From Naegleria gruberi (lineage: Eukaryota), in NCBI GenBank assembly GCA_000004985.1, contig GG738860.1: 64,000 nucleotides of DNA; one strand, 5' to 3'. The position numbers and the translations under genes are program-made. The notes beneath the pieces are model-generated. The model was not told where the DNA came from, searched no databases, and saw only the letters and a program-made list of their open reading frames with translations. Numbering within the stretch: position 1 is the stretch's first letter; each line of letters begins with the position of its first letter. This document shows positions 1 to 10,745 of the stretch, piece after piece.

Positions 1-517
1 TGAATTTGGCTCCTTTATCATATATTCGATTTCCACCAATATCAAGTGATGTTAATTGTTTCATTTCACTTATTGATTTGGCTCCTTCAGCATAAATTAG
101 ATTGTAAGAAATATCAAGTGATGTTAATTGTTTCATCTTAGTCATTTCATTTATGAATTTAGGTGTTTCTTCAGAGTTAAACAACATTTCAGAAAATTTA
201 ACATCAACAATACTACTCATAAATCGACTATTCATGAATAATTTAATTCTATATCCAGTAAATTTTTTTTTAAATTTAATAACCAGTTTGGAACGTTCCT
301 TGATCACATTAAAGAATTGTTTTGAAATTAAAACGCAATTTTTTAAAATAAACCACGAATCATCAATCATGGAAATTATTTCAAAACAAATATCATCTGA
401 AAATATTTCTTGTTCTGGGAGTGCAACAAGTTTTTTCTTTTTTGCCTTCTCCTCCATGTCATTATTGTCTAGCTCCTCCGAAATTAATATTTTTCTAATC
501 CTGCTTCGTTTGCTCAT
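1..517 (-). CDS. RNI-like leucine-rich-repeat protein, N-terminal part (gene runs off the window start; 3' end not in window)
   Basis: Minus-strand reading from ATG (complement of 515-517) gives MSKRSRIRKILISEELDNNDMEEKAKKKKLVALPEQEIFSDDICFEIISMIDDSWFILKNC...EMTKMKQLTSLDISYNLIYAEGAKSISEMKQLTSLDIGGNRIYDKGAKF. Tandem 'MKQLTSLDIs.N.IgdeGAK.IS' units are typical RNI-type LRRs. Not in the ORF track because it is open to the window edge. Confidence 0.5.
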   Translation of the reverse strand, partial: MSKRSRIRKILISEELDNNDMEEKAKKKKLVALPEQEIFSDDICFEIISMIDDSWFILKNCVLISKQFFNVIKERSKLVIKFKKKFTGYRIKLFMNSRFMSSIVDVKFSEMLFNSEETPKFINEMTKMKQLTSLDISYNLIYAEGAKSISEMKQLTSLDIGGNRIYDKGAKF

Positions 518-667
518 TTTTTTTGTAAAATTTCTAAAGCGCTGTTTTTTGCTTGATATCAAGTAAGTGCTTTACAATTTCTTTTTACAATTCATGTTTG
601 ATTGACTTCAAACTTCCACCAATAATAAGAAAAAATTTTAATGTGGAGGACTACGTGCTAAATTGTT

Positions 668-1492
668 GTGCAAAAAAAAATGGCGCGAACCAAACAAACC
701 AAAAGAAAAACATGCCCAAACACTGAAGAAGAACGAATCGAAAAGATTAAACAACGTAAAATCCTTCTTGGTCAAGAAAATCACTCATGGAAAAGAACCT
801 CTCCTTCCTTCATTCTCTACCCGACCGATATTTCCATCCGCTGCACGATTACCAACTCTGAAACTGATCCGAATTCTAATCAATTATTATTATTATTGGG
901 AAATAAGTTTGTAGAACATGTATGCTCTGATTCAACTTGTCATTGCGATCTTCCACGAATTAATTGGCAAAAAACTGGATTTTATACACAATTTTTTAGT
1001 GATGTTTTGGTTAACCCTAGAAATGATTATACGTTCCTAGGTGATGGGGAAGCTAGTGAAGAGTATTCAGAAAGGGCAATGAATATTCTTGAAAAAGTGT
1101 TAAATAATGTTCAAGCTTATGAAATGAATACGAAACTGATCGAATGTGAAAGAAAAAAAGAAAGTATCAACAGTATTACCATTGAATATTCAACATGTGG
1201 ATCAAAGTGTTATTACAAATCAAATTGTGATTATGAATATGAATTTGTAGTATTACTAGTGAGCGAGGATGAACATCTTGCATTTGGACATATTGGATGT
1301 CATGCTTTCTATTTATTACCTGGATTGGAATATTTAAATTCAGATGGAAGTTCACCCAATGTCTGCTCTGATTCCATTATAACCTATGATGAGGAGAATG
1401 ATATGTACCATCCAAATATTATTCCACTTTCTAAGGTTTTGAAAAAATCGAAAGAATTTTTAAGAAATGTTTTAGATGACAGATATCACTAG
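668..1492 (+). CDS. hypothetical protein; second Met begins MARTKQTKRK (histone H3 tail-like), Cys/His-rich middle
   Basis: 274-aa ORF with mixed composition. No family recognised from memory. Confidence 0.4.
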   Translation: MQKKMARTKQTKRKTCPNTEEERIEKIKQRKILLGQENHSWKRTSPSFILYPTDISIRCTITNSETDPNSNQLLLLLGNKFVEHVCSDSTCHCDLPRINWQKTGFYTQFFSDVLVNPRNDYTFLGDGEASEEYSERAMNILEKVLNNVQAYEMNTKLIECERKKESINSITIEYSTCGSKCYYKSNCDYEYEFVVLLVSEDEHLAFGHIGCHAFYLLPGLEYLNSDGSSPNVCSDSIITYDEENDMYHPNIIPLSKVLKKSKEFLRNVLDDRYH

Positions 1493-1638
1493 AGAGTTTA
1501 TTTTACATATTTGAATTATTGACTGGTACTGTAACAATAAAATTTATTTTTTGAAACGACAAAATTTGGCGGGGCTGTGTAATGGAAGATCCATATTATT
1601 CGAAACAAAAAGAAAGTACCTACGTGAATATTTCGTAA

Positions 1639-2631
1639 ATGAATGAACTCCATTCACAATTAAAACAATTAGAAAAATCAGAAGAAATTCTTTCGGAAAA
1701 TCCACACCGTTTCACTCTCTTTCCGATTCAATATCCTAAACTGTGGGAAATTTATAAAAAGAGATTGGCATCTTCCATTTGGAGTGTTGAACAATTTGAT
1801 CAAATTATTAGAAATGACATTTCTAAATTATCGGAAATTTGCAATTCTGATCACAGTTTCATCAAGATTATTCTTGCGTTTCTTGTTGCAAATTGTAAAC
1901 AGAAAACAAATCTATGGGGAGCATTCAAAGATATTCAAATACTAGAAGCAAAACATTTCCACGGCTTTCGGCTGGCCATGAAGAATATTCATTACGAAAT
2001 GTATTGTAATCTATTCGAAATTTTAACAGAAGAAACAGAAAGAAGTGAACTAATAGAAAAAATGATCAATTCAACCATGAAGAAATCTCAATATACAAAG
2101 AAATGGCTCAATTCTGACAATTTATTTTCTGAAAGATTGATAGGTTTAGTTTGCATTGAACAGATTTTCCTTTCTGCAAGTTTCTTTTCCATTTTTTGGC
2201 TAAAGAAGCGTGGATTAATGTCAGCTTTAACAATTTCCAACGATTTGATTTTCAGAGATGAAGAATTTCATTCCAATTTTTTATATTCTCTATATTCGAA
2301 TTTGAAACATTCTAAACTTCCTCAAACTCTCGTTCATTCACTTGTCAAGGAAGCAGTTGACATTGAAAAGGAATTTATTACAAGTTTACCCACTGAATTG
2401 ATTGAATTGGATAGAAACTCCATGTATCAGTATGTGGAAGTAGTTTCAGATAACATTCTAATTTCATTTGGTTATGAAAAACTCTTCCATACTGAAAATC
2501 AATGTTCATGGATTCAAGACATGTTAATGAACAAGTCGGGTTTCTTCTGGAAAATTGGATTAGAATCCTATTCTTCCATTCCACATTTCCCAACCATTAA
2601 CAATGAATTAAAATTGGATGAAGATTTTTAA
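1639..2631 (+). CDS. ribonucleotide reductase small subunit (R2/beta)-like protein, apparently metal-ligand-deficient
   Basis: [85 protein letters not shown] align to R2 motifs ENPRRFVIFPIEY..., [49 protein letters not shown]. Confidence 0.7.
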   Translation: [330 protein letters not shown]

Positions 2632-2716
2632 CCATTTTCCAAAACCTCAAATAATTTTGAACTACTTTATATATTTACAAGATTTTTTGAGCAAACAACT
2701 TATTGTTTTTGTTGGC

Positions 2717-2920
2717 TTAATGGTTGTTTTGATGTTGTGTTCCTTGTTCTTGGTAAACTTGTTCTGGATCAACTTGAGGATAAACTTGTTGGTAAGTATT
2801 TAGGGAGTGTTGTTCTCTTTGTGTTTGATAAGAAACTTGTTGTGGTTGAGTTTCTTGTTGACCTTGACTAATTGCTTTGGCTTGTTTCTTAATAAAAATG
2901 ACTGAAATAATGGCAATCAA
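2717..2920 (-). CDS. small single-pass membrane protein with Gln-rich tail (tentative)
   Basis: ORF extends upstream to ...VWFAIGYPLIAIISVIFIKKQAKAISQGQQETQPQQ... (one hydrophobic helix). No usable in-frame ATG without a 1-nt shift. Confidence 0.2.
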   Translation of the reverse strand: MIAIISVIFIKKQAKAISQGQQETQPQQVSYQTQREQHSLNTYQQVYPQVDPEQVYQEQGTQHQNNH

Positions 2921-3238
2921 TGGATAACCAATTGCAAACCAAACTCAGACTCATTCGCATTTGGCTGGCTGGTTCAGTAATTAGTCTTTCTCTCAATACA
3001 GACACTCCCTCCAATTAAGTAAATAGTCTCAAATATAGTTATCACAATTTTGAAAATGATGGAAAAGGAAGCTCTGTTGTTCTTTCACATAAGTGTTTAA
3101 TTGTTGACTACATTTCCGTACAACCAATTGATCGATTGAAATCTGCTTGAACTAATCCAAGTCTTTTTCCTTTGAAAATGTCGTAAAACTGAACTGTACT
3201 CGACAAGTGTTCAATGTTCTCAGACTCTCAAAAAAAAT

Positions 3239-4039
3239 TTGAGCCATCTTGAATCCATTGTAACTTTAAAAAAAATGGCAAACATGATTACTGACATTCC
3301 CAATGATGTTCTATTAGACATTCTCTCCGATTTTGACCTAAAAGATTTATTCAATCTCTCACTCTGTAATCAATTCTTTTTAAAATTAATATTCAATCAG
3401 ACATTGAAAGATTTCTCCAAGTTTAATCTTGTTAAAAATCTATCCGAAAAGCCAATACTCTCCCGATACGAATTTAGATATACGAAAGATGAGAAGGATT
3501 TTGAATTTTGTAAAACTCAGAATAGAATTTGGAGAATTCATTTGATTTCCTACTTTCCCAAATTTAAAAGTGATTTGAATGTGAAAAATTGGCTCCATGT
3601 ATTGAGGTGGGTAGTTTACAAAGTTTACAATAATTCCAATATTGAAACTCTTACATTTTTTATTTTAATGAAATATTGATTATTTATCATGAAAAGGAGG
3701 AGAATTCTCCATTTGAAATTGTATGATCCATCCAAATTACCCCTCACTCCAAATACAAATAGTAAATCATTCGAGGTGGAGAAGCCAATCTTTGTACATA
3801 GTAACAATGACTCGAAATTTATTGAAGGTTGTGAATGGATTTATAAGTGTCCACTCAAATATGAAGAATTATCATTTTTGAAGGAGAATTCAAGATTATG
3901 TAAGGAATGTTCCAAAGTTGTTTATTTTGTGAATAATATTGAGGATTTTACGGAAAAGATTGAGGAAGGAAAGTGTGTAGCATATCAAGCAAAGGTTAAA
4001 ACGAATTATGTTATTCACATGGGAAGAAAATGTTTTTAA
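3239..4039 (+). CDS. F-box protein with C-terminal Cys-rich region; 2 exons (3239-3606, 3697-4039)
   Basis: IPNDVLLDILSDFDLKDLFNLSLCNQFF F-box motif. GTGGGT donor after ...HVL, acceptor ...catgaaaag| restores frame into RRILHLKLYDPSK... Confidence 0.45.
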
Positions 4040-4351
4040 AATAATTCCATAAATGGAAATTTAAATTCTCAATTCCAAAAAGTGATGATGAGAACTCATC
4101 TCTCAGTTAATCTTTGAATAAGTTCAACACTCTAAATCTCTATCCAATTAATAAATGATAGTATGATGTGGAATTTATTGTAAATTTTACATTGTTACTT
4201 GAAAGTGGTAACATTCTCAGTTCATTAGAAAGGAAGTATGGAAAATATCACAATTCTAAATCATTGGTTGCAAAAGAGTGGATAAATATGTCATTTGTTA
4301 ATAAACCAGCGAACAGTCAACTTGAGGATAAAACTCAAAAAAAACATCATC

Positions 4352-4672
4352 ATGGCCATCACTTGTTGCTTCTCTGACAAACCAATCAATGCATGGGATA
4401 AAGGAGATTGGTTATTTGCTTTCATTTTGCTCATGTCTGTCATTTGTCCACCACTGACAGTTTGTTACTGCTTCTTTTGCATTCCACTCAATAAGAAGAG
4501 AATTCACGAGGTTATGGAAGATCCTAGCAGGAGTTTATGGTGTTCACCTGAAACTAATCCTGCACTTCATATATTCTTGAGCTTTTTATTCACATTACTG
4601 TTTTGGTTGCCTGGTGTTTTTCATGCTTGGTATGTCATCTTTGCAGTTTCAGTTGCTGTACATGGTAAATAA
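4352..4672 (+). CDS. PMP3/UPF0057-family small hydrophobic protein with extended loop
   Basis: FILLMSVICPPLTV ... HIFLSFLFTLLFWLPGVFHAWYVIFAV resembles Pmp3 motifs (LPPLaVfl ... FWLNILLTLLGyIPGIIHAlYVI). Start taken at ATG 4352. Confidence 0.45.
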   Translation: MAITCCFSDKPINAWDKGDWLFAFILLMSVICPPLTVCYCFFCIPLNKKRIHEVMEDPSRSLWCSPETNPALHIFLSFLFTLLFWLPGVFHAWYVIFAVSVAVHGK

Positions 4673-4810
4673 TTATAAACAGTATTCCAATAAAAGAACA
4701 CAATATAATGCTTATCTACTAAACCACGTAATTACTCCGTTGTCGATTAGTAAAAAAAACCTCAACACCAATTTCTCCGCTCAAATAATTTCATATTTAC
4801 AGTAAAAAAA

Positions 4811-6554
4811 ATGAAAAAAACCGTTGTAAATAATAAGGCAGACTCATCGGCAACAAAACCAACATTTCAACCGGAGACTTCACATAAGAAGGCCCTTTCA
4901 ATTTATGGAGGCAGTGCAAAGACGGTAGTAGCTCCCACTGCTGTGTCTACCTCAAAATCAAATTCTCAGCAAGCAAAAAAAGTTCCGATAATTGTTGATG
5001 CTTCTTCTGGTAGTAGTAGTAAATCACAAACAAAAGTTTCAATTAAGACGGCAACTGTGTCGTCTCAAAAGGATGCCTCTGTTACTCAATCGAAAGAAGA
5101 GAAATTAAAGGAATTGTTTGCTCAATTACCTCAAGAAATTGTGTTGCAAGTTTTGGATTATTATGTTGGTTCGGGATTTAAAGCTTGTTTTCCAAGATTT
5201 GAAAAATTGGCAAATACTAATTTTAAGGAAGCATTTGAATACGATTCTTTGAGTTTTGATGAATCAATGTTTTACAAACAATATTTTGGAAAGTTCAAAA
5301 ACAGAGGAGACACAAACCCAAAACCTATTTTCTGGAGGTCAGCAAGTGAAAATCTTGTAGATTTAAATAGAATTTCTAAGGAATTCCATTACTTGTTATC
5401 ATTGCAAATTTAGGTCGAGAACCTATTGATATTTATTACAAAAAGTTGTGTACTTTATATTTTGCAATTAGAAAGAAAAGACCAAGTGATCTGGAGCAAA
5501 TAGAGACCAGAAGATTGAATTATATTGCTAATATTTTCGAGAAGGATAAAGGCTTATGTGAAAAGGTTAAAATTCTTGATTTTTACGGATTGGAAACGTT
5601 TGAAGGGACTATTGATTTTGCAGCAAATAATTTTCCAAATATAGAAATACTAACACTAGGGTTTCAACAAGGATTACTAAAGGTTATGAATTTCGTAGAA
5701 CAATAGATATGTACCAAATTGTTTCTGCAATCTGCAAAATGAGCAAATTGAAGGAGTTCAAATTTAAGGGAAGGAACTTTTACTTTGAGGGCATTGAAGA
5801 AATCTCAAAGTCAACACCTCTTATTCAGAAATTTTCACTCATAGGCTCTAGATCAATTCTTGAATGTGGTAAATCTATTGGAAATTGGAAACATTTAAGA
5901 GAAATAGAAGGAGCAGTCCATTCCTACTTTGATAATAGTTCCATTGCAACTCCACCAACTCCACAAGAACAAACAAATTTCTTCACAGTCATTAATGAAA
6001 TTAATTTAGAAAAGTTAGAGCTGCTGAATGATGATATTTCCAGTGCCAAGTTCCATAAACTGCCATCTTCACTCATAACTCTTAACTTGGAAAGAACAAG
6101 AGTTAGTTCTAAATTATTTGAAGCAATTTCAGAGTTGGAAAATCTCAAGATTCTTATTCTTGACAGCACATCTGGGTTCGAAAGTGAAGATTTCCAACAT
6201 CTCAATAGTTTGCCAAACCTTGAAGAGTTATCACTTAATAAGAGTTCTCATTGTGGAGATGTTGGGTTGAAACACATCTCTGCCGTTAAAAGTTTGAAAA
6301 GAGTTTTCTTGAACAAGTGTGAGATACATGATGAAGGAGGAATCTCACTTTCCAAATTGAGTAATCTTGAAATTATTGACCTTCAATATTCTGATATTAC
6401 AGAGAAAACAATTAACAATATTGTTCAAAACTGTAAGAAAATCAAAAAGATTTGCGTGTATAAATGTCAGAAAATCTCTAAAAATAAGATAGCTGACCTT
6501 CCCAACATAAAACAGATTCTCTCAGAAAATCCAATCAACAGAGAGTATTATTAA
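4811..6554 (+). CDS. F-box/LRR-repeat protein (FBXL-like), three ORF segments 4811-5413, 5446-5706, 5709-6554 joined by short introns/frameshifts
   Basis: LPQEIVLQVLDYY F-box-like. Downstream ORFs are LRRs (LEELSLNKSSHCGDVGLKHISAVKSLKRVFLNKCEIHDEGGISLSKLSNLEIIDLQYSDITEKT). Putative intron 5397-5473 restores frame (donor non-canonical GTTATC). Confidence 0.45.
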
Positions 6555-6591
6555 CATTTAATGATTTGTTTGTTCGAACTTGAGACATTTA

Positions 6592-9399
6592 TTACAAAAA
6601 CTCACTAGTTTTTGCAGGACGTCTAATTGAATTTGTCATACCATCATGAAATTCCAAATACATGGTATGAATTGATTTGAGTTGAGATCGTCTTCTATTC
6701 TTTTGCTCAATAGCAACTTGAGCACTGACATTCTTTGGAGAGGCCATTGGAGAAGATTTAATCTTTTCTAACATTTCTTCATTGGTTTGTTCATTCTTCT
6801 TTTTGAACTTTCTCTCTAATTTTTCAAAGTGAAGAGCGGAAGAGATAATCTTTTTGAAAGACTCACTAATTACAACAGGATTATTTTCCTGGTTTGGAGT
6901 AGATGAGTTTGGTGGTTGTGGGATTGTTTTTTGGGAGGTTTTTTCTTGCTTTTGGTTGGATGGATACACACTCACTTCATCAAGTGGAGGATCAATCATA
7001 TTTTCATGAGTTTCATTCACATAGGTCTGTTTGACATTAATTCCATATGAAATACAAATATCCAAAATCCTCTCAAAAGCAAATCTTTCCATATCATTTC
7101 TAAACAGTTGTCTCAAACCCTTCATACCAGAATGAGCCAAGGAAGAAAGTGCTGATCCGCTGTTCAAATTTGCAAAGTGTTTGTTGGAAAGGATTTGATA
7201 AATAAATGGAGAGACATCGGTGGCCAAATCCTTTACTGACATGGCTGTTGGACATGTAGAGTAATCTTCACTATCATATGTATTTGGAGTGAAACAATTC
7301 GAATGTAAAGTCTTGAAAATATTTTCCTTATGTGTTAAGCTTCTCTTGAAATCACCTTGTTGTTTTGGATATTGAATAAAATCACTGGAAATATCAAATC
7401 CTGATTTTTTACAATCCTTAAATATCTTGGTAAGGGTAGCTACACGATAGACTTGAAGTGACCTTTCCTGATGTCTGTTAGAAGTAACATCCAACATATC
7501 AGACCATTCAACCCATTCCAAAACATTAGAAATATCCTTCATTGATGAACCAGTACTGAAAGTAGGATAATTTTCAAAGCAACCATTCATAAGACTATCC
7601 ATCTTATCCAACTCTCCCAACAAGTTATTATACAAGCTTAAAATATTATGTTGATATTTTGTGATTAGTGTTGAGTCTGCCTTTTTTGTTTTGAATATTA
7701 TGTTCATGGCATCGAAAATATCCTTCTTTACATCCTTGGTGATGGACATCATTTCTGTTATAGATTTAGACTTGTCAAAACTCATGAATTGGATAGTATT
7801 CAAACATGAACGAATATCATTGTCAGAGTCCTTTACAAAAAGTGTCAAATCATGTCTGGACACACTGCTTAATAAATGTTCCCTCTTCAATATCATGCTC
7901 AATCTATCCACAATTCTTTGAGTATTATCAGTTCTGACGTCATCTCTTCTAAAGACAAGTAATTTACTTCTTTGTCTCAATTCTTTCAATCCAGGTGAGT
8001 AACTGTATTATATTTCACAATTCCATATTGACATGTTTATAAATTAATAAAACAATTAAAATTATTAAATAGTATAAATAAGAAACATGTAAAATAATAC
8101 AAATACTCACTGATCATTGCAAATACAAATAATTGGACGCAAAAGTCCTGGATCTTTCTTCTTCTTATTCTTTTCAACTTTAACTCCTGATTTGTTCTTC
8201 TTACTCTTTGAAGATTCAGGCTTTTCCTTCTTTGTTTCTTTGGATACTTTTGGATAGGCAATTTTTAAAATTTCAGAAACAACCGACTTGTTCTCAGAGT
8301 TGTGCACTCCATCAATTTCGTCCAAAATCAATAGCTTTGGCTTTTTACTTCCAAAGACTGTTTGCATTTGTGTGACTTTTTGAATTTCTGGAATGAGTTT
8401 TTCCTTAGATCTATCATCAGATGCATTCACTTCAATTGGTTCATAACCTGCTTGCTTGGCTGCAATGTGAGCAAGAGTAGTTTTACCAATACCAGGAGGT
8501 CCAGCAATGAGGAGAATCTTGTGTTCAGGACCAATAGTTTGCTTCTTTTGAAACTTTTTAGAAGGATCATTATTTTGATGTTGTTGTTGTTGTTGTTGTT
8601 ATCCTTCTTTTGAGAATTGTTGTTATTGTTTGATCTTGGAGCAAAAAAGTTTCTTGCCTTATCTGAGGATGAGCTTGTTGTTGTAGAGGCATTACTCGAT
8701 TGTAAATTCTTCTTTTGTTTGGCCAATTCTGGGAAAACAATTGTATCCCATTCCTTTATCCATCTCAAAACTTCTGAATTTGTTTTCTTTACAGAATGTC
8801 ACATTAATAATGGCAAAATGACAACTTACATCATCAGTTAAGAGATCCAAGTATGACTTTGGAGAATACTTGTCGACCAATAGTTCAAACTTTTTTGGTT
8901 TTGTATCTACAATTTCCACATCTCCATCATTGTCATGTTTGGATGATACTTGTTCTTTACTCTTTAAATTTTCTCTTGCCTTCTTTTTAATTTCAGTCTC
9001 GTATCTGATCCTTTTGACATCTTCCAATAGATCGTTGAAAGGTGTTTTGAGAAAACTTCTTCCAATATTTAATTTACTGGAAACATTATCGAGAGGTTTA
9101 ATTTCATTGTCTTCTTCCATAAACGTCAGATAACACATATCACCATCCTTTGATCCAATGCAAGCAATAAAATCCTTGTCAGTTGGTGGCAAATCATCAT
9201 AGTAAATTCCTTTAAAAGTCTCCGATTTCATATCACTACTGTCCTCATCATCTACAATAATGGATGAACCGTAAACACTCAAAGTGTGTGATGGTGGTGA
9301 GTGAAACTTTAATCTCTTCAATTCTTGTTCGGCAAGAGAGTTTCCACCACAGTGTTTTTGATCCTTCTCTTCATAATCCAAACGATTTCTTTTAGACAT
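6592..9399 (-). CDS. Ctf18/RFC1-like clamp-loader large subunit (AAA+); exons 9399-8840, 8796-8111 (frameshift near 8579-8600), 8002-6592
   Basis: LLVDKYSPKSYLDLLTDD|KTNSEVLRWIKEWDTIVF (cf. yeast Ctf18 LWVQKWRPKKFLDLVGNEKTNRRMLGWLRQW). Walker A ILLIAGPPGIGKTTLAHIAA, Walker B LLILDEIDG, sensor RPIICICND. Introns 8797-8839 (43 nt, GTAAGT..AAAG) and 8003-8110 (GTGAGT..CAG). Confidence 0.7.
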
Positions 9400-9503
9400 T
9401 TTTTATTTATTTAAATTTTTCAAAATTTGAATGGCGGCAAACAAGAAAACTAGCCGTTAACAAATCAAAAAAATTCAAATCTCACCAATCCATCCGTGAG
9501 TCT

Positions 9504-10343
9504 TTATTTCGATGCAGAAGCAGATGAAGGTTTAGATTTTGGTACTCTGGCATTTCTACTCTTGTTTGCTACTCGTAAATCATTGATATATTGTTTCATC
9601 ATGGTATATTTGTGCTTTCCTAGAGCGTGCAGATAATTCCACGAGTAGATACCTGAATCGTGTCCATCCGAGAAGATTATCCTAATAGCATACGTTCCAA
9701 CCATTTCAATATTCGATATTTTAATTCCTCTCTTTCCAAAGACAAGTCGTTTCTGTCCTCCCTCACCTTGTACTTCAGCAGAGGGACTCTCCACTCGTAG
9801 AAATTCTGCCAACAGACTTGTTACTACTAGTGATTGTGGATTATTGATAGTAAAGTGGAGTTCGAGAGTGGTCTTTTGTTTCCTCAGCTTGATTTCCTTC
9901 ATTTGAATATTGTCTCCGTATGGCTTCTTTGGATCCATTGGAAGATCGATGGAGAGTTTTCTCGACTTGTTGATTTCATGTTGTTCTGTAGCTACAGTGG
10001 TTGCTGCTGGATTCATTCGTGAGGAAGCCCTTACCAAGTGATCAGGTATCGAGTGAGAATATTGTTGTATCATGTCTCTGAGTTTTTCTCTAGATGAAGA
10101 TGAGGGAGAAGAATTATCATTATCGGAACAAGCCTTCTCTTGATGTTGTGTAATGTGGTTAATATTATGTGAGAAGGAGCAATGTTGTTGATTGTTGCTG
10201 TAAAAGAAGTTGAAGAAATTGTTTTTGTAGTATGATGATGGAAGCTTGTTCTTCTTTAGCAGTAAGGAAAGCTTGAGTGTTGATGCAAACATTTTTTGAT
10301 AGGTTTGATTGTTCTCTATTCGTGCATGTTGAGTTGTTAACAA
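9504..10343 (-). CDS. DUF971-domain protein, probable mitochondrial presequence
   Basis: C-terminal ...LLAEFLRVESPSAEVQGE...VGTYAIRIIFSDGHDSGIYSWNYLHALG matches DUF971 (LR..CPCA.C ... W.DGH.SG.Y....L) with Cys replaced by Ser. MFASTLKLSLLLKKNK at the second Met looks like a targeting peptide. Confidence 0.5.
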   Translation of the reverse strand: MLTTQHARIENNQTYQKMFASTLKLSLLLKKNKLPSSYYKNNFFNFFYSNNQQHCSFSHNINHITQHQEKACSDNDNSSPSSSSREKLRDMIQQYSHSIPDHLVRASSRMNPAATTVATEQHEINKSRKLSIDLPMDPKKPYGDNIQMKEIKLRKQKTTLELHFTINNPQSLVVTSLLAEFLRVESPSAEVQGEGGQKRLVFGKRGIKISNIEMVGTYAIRIIFSDGHDSGIYSWNYLHALGKHKYTMMKQYINDLRVANKSRNARVPKSKPSSASASK

Positions 10344-10745
10344 TTAAATAATATTAAATATTATTCATTCAATGAACAGATTCTCAACCATTTCGAAATC
10401 TAACAATTATTGCTGCATACGTAGGATAACACAAGATTCTCAGGTTCATAAAGTTAAATTCTAATATTTAACGGATTAATATTCCCGCCAATTTAAAAAA
10501 GTGTTTTCTCAAAAAAAAGAGTGTGGTAATATTTTGAAAATTGCCAGAAAAGTTGTTGCAAGCTAAAAGGTGTGAAGAAAAACAAGACAGGAGAGGATTG
10601 ATCAAACACAAGAATAATCGGATGACCTTTTCATCATCAACAAGAAGAGCAACAAGACTTTAATATACAGATAAAAAGGAACAACATCAGCAACCTTTTC
10701 AAATTATCAATAATACCAACACAATAATTTATTAACAACTTCATC

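Noticed and set aside
153-566. Plus-strand 137-aa ORF at the window start
   Set aside because: Low-complexity antisense translation of the minus-strand LRR gene. The minus frame gives a coherent LRR protein.
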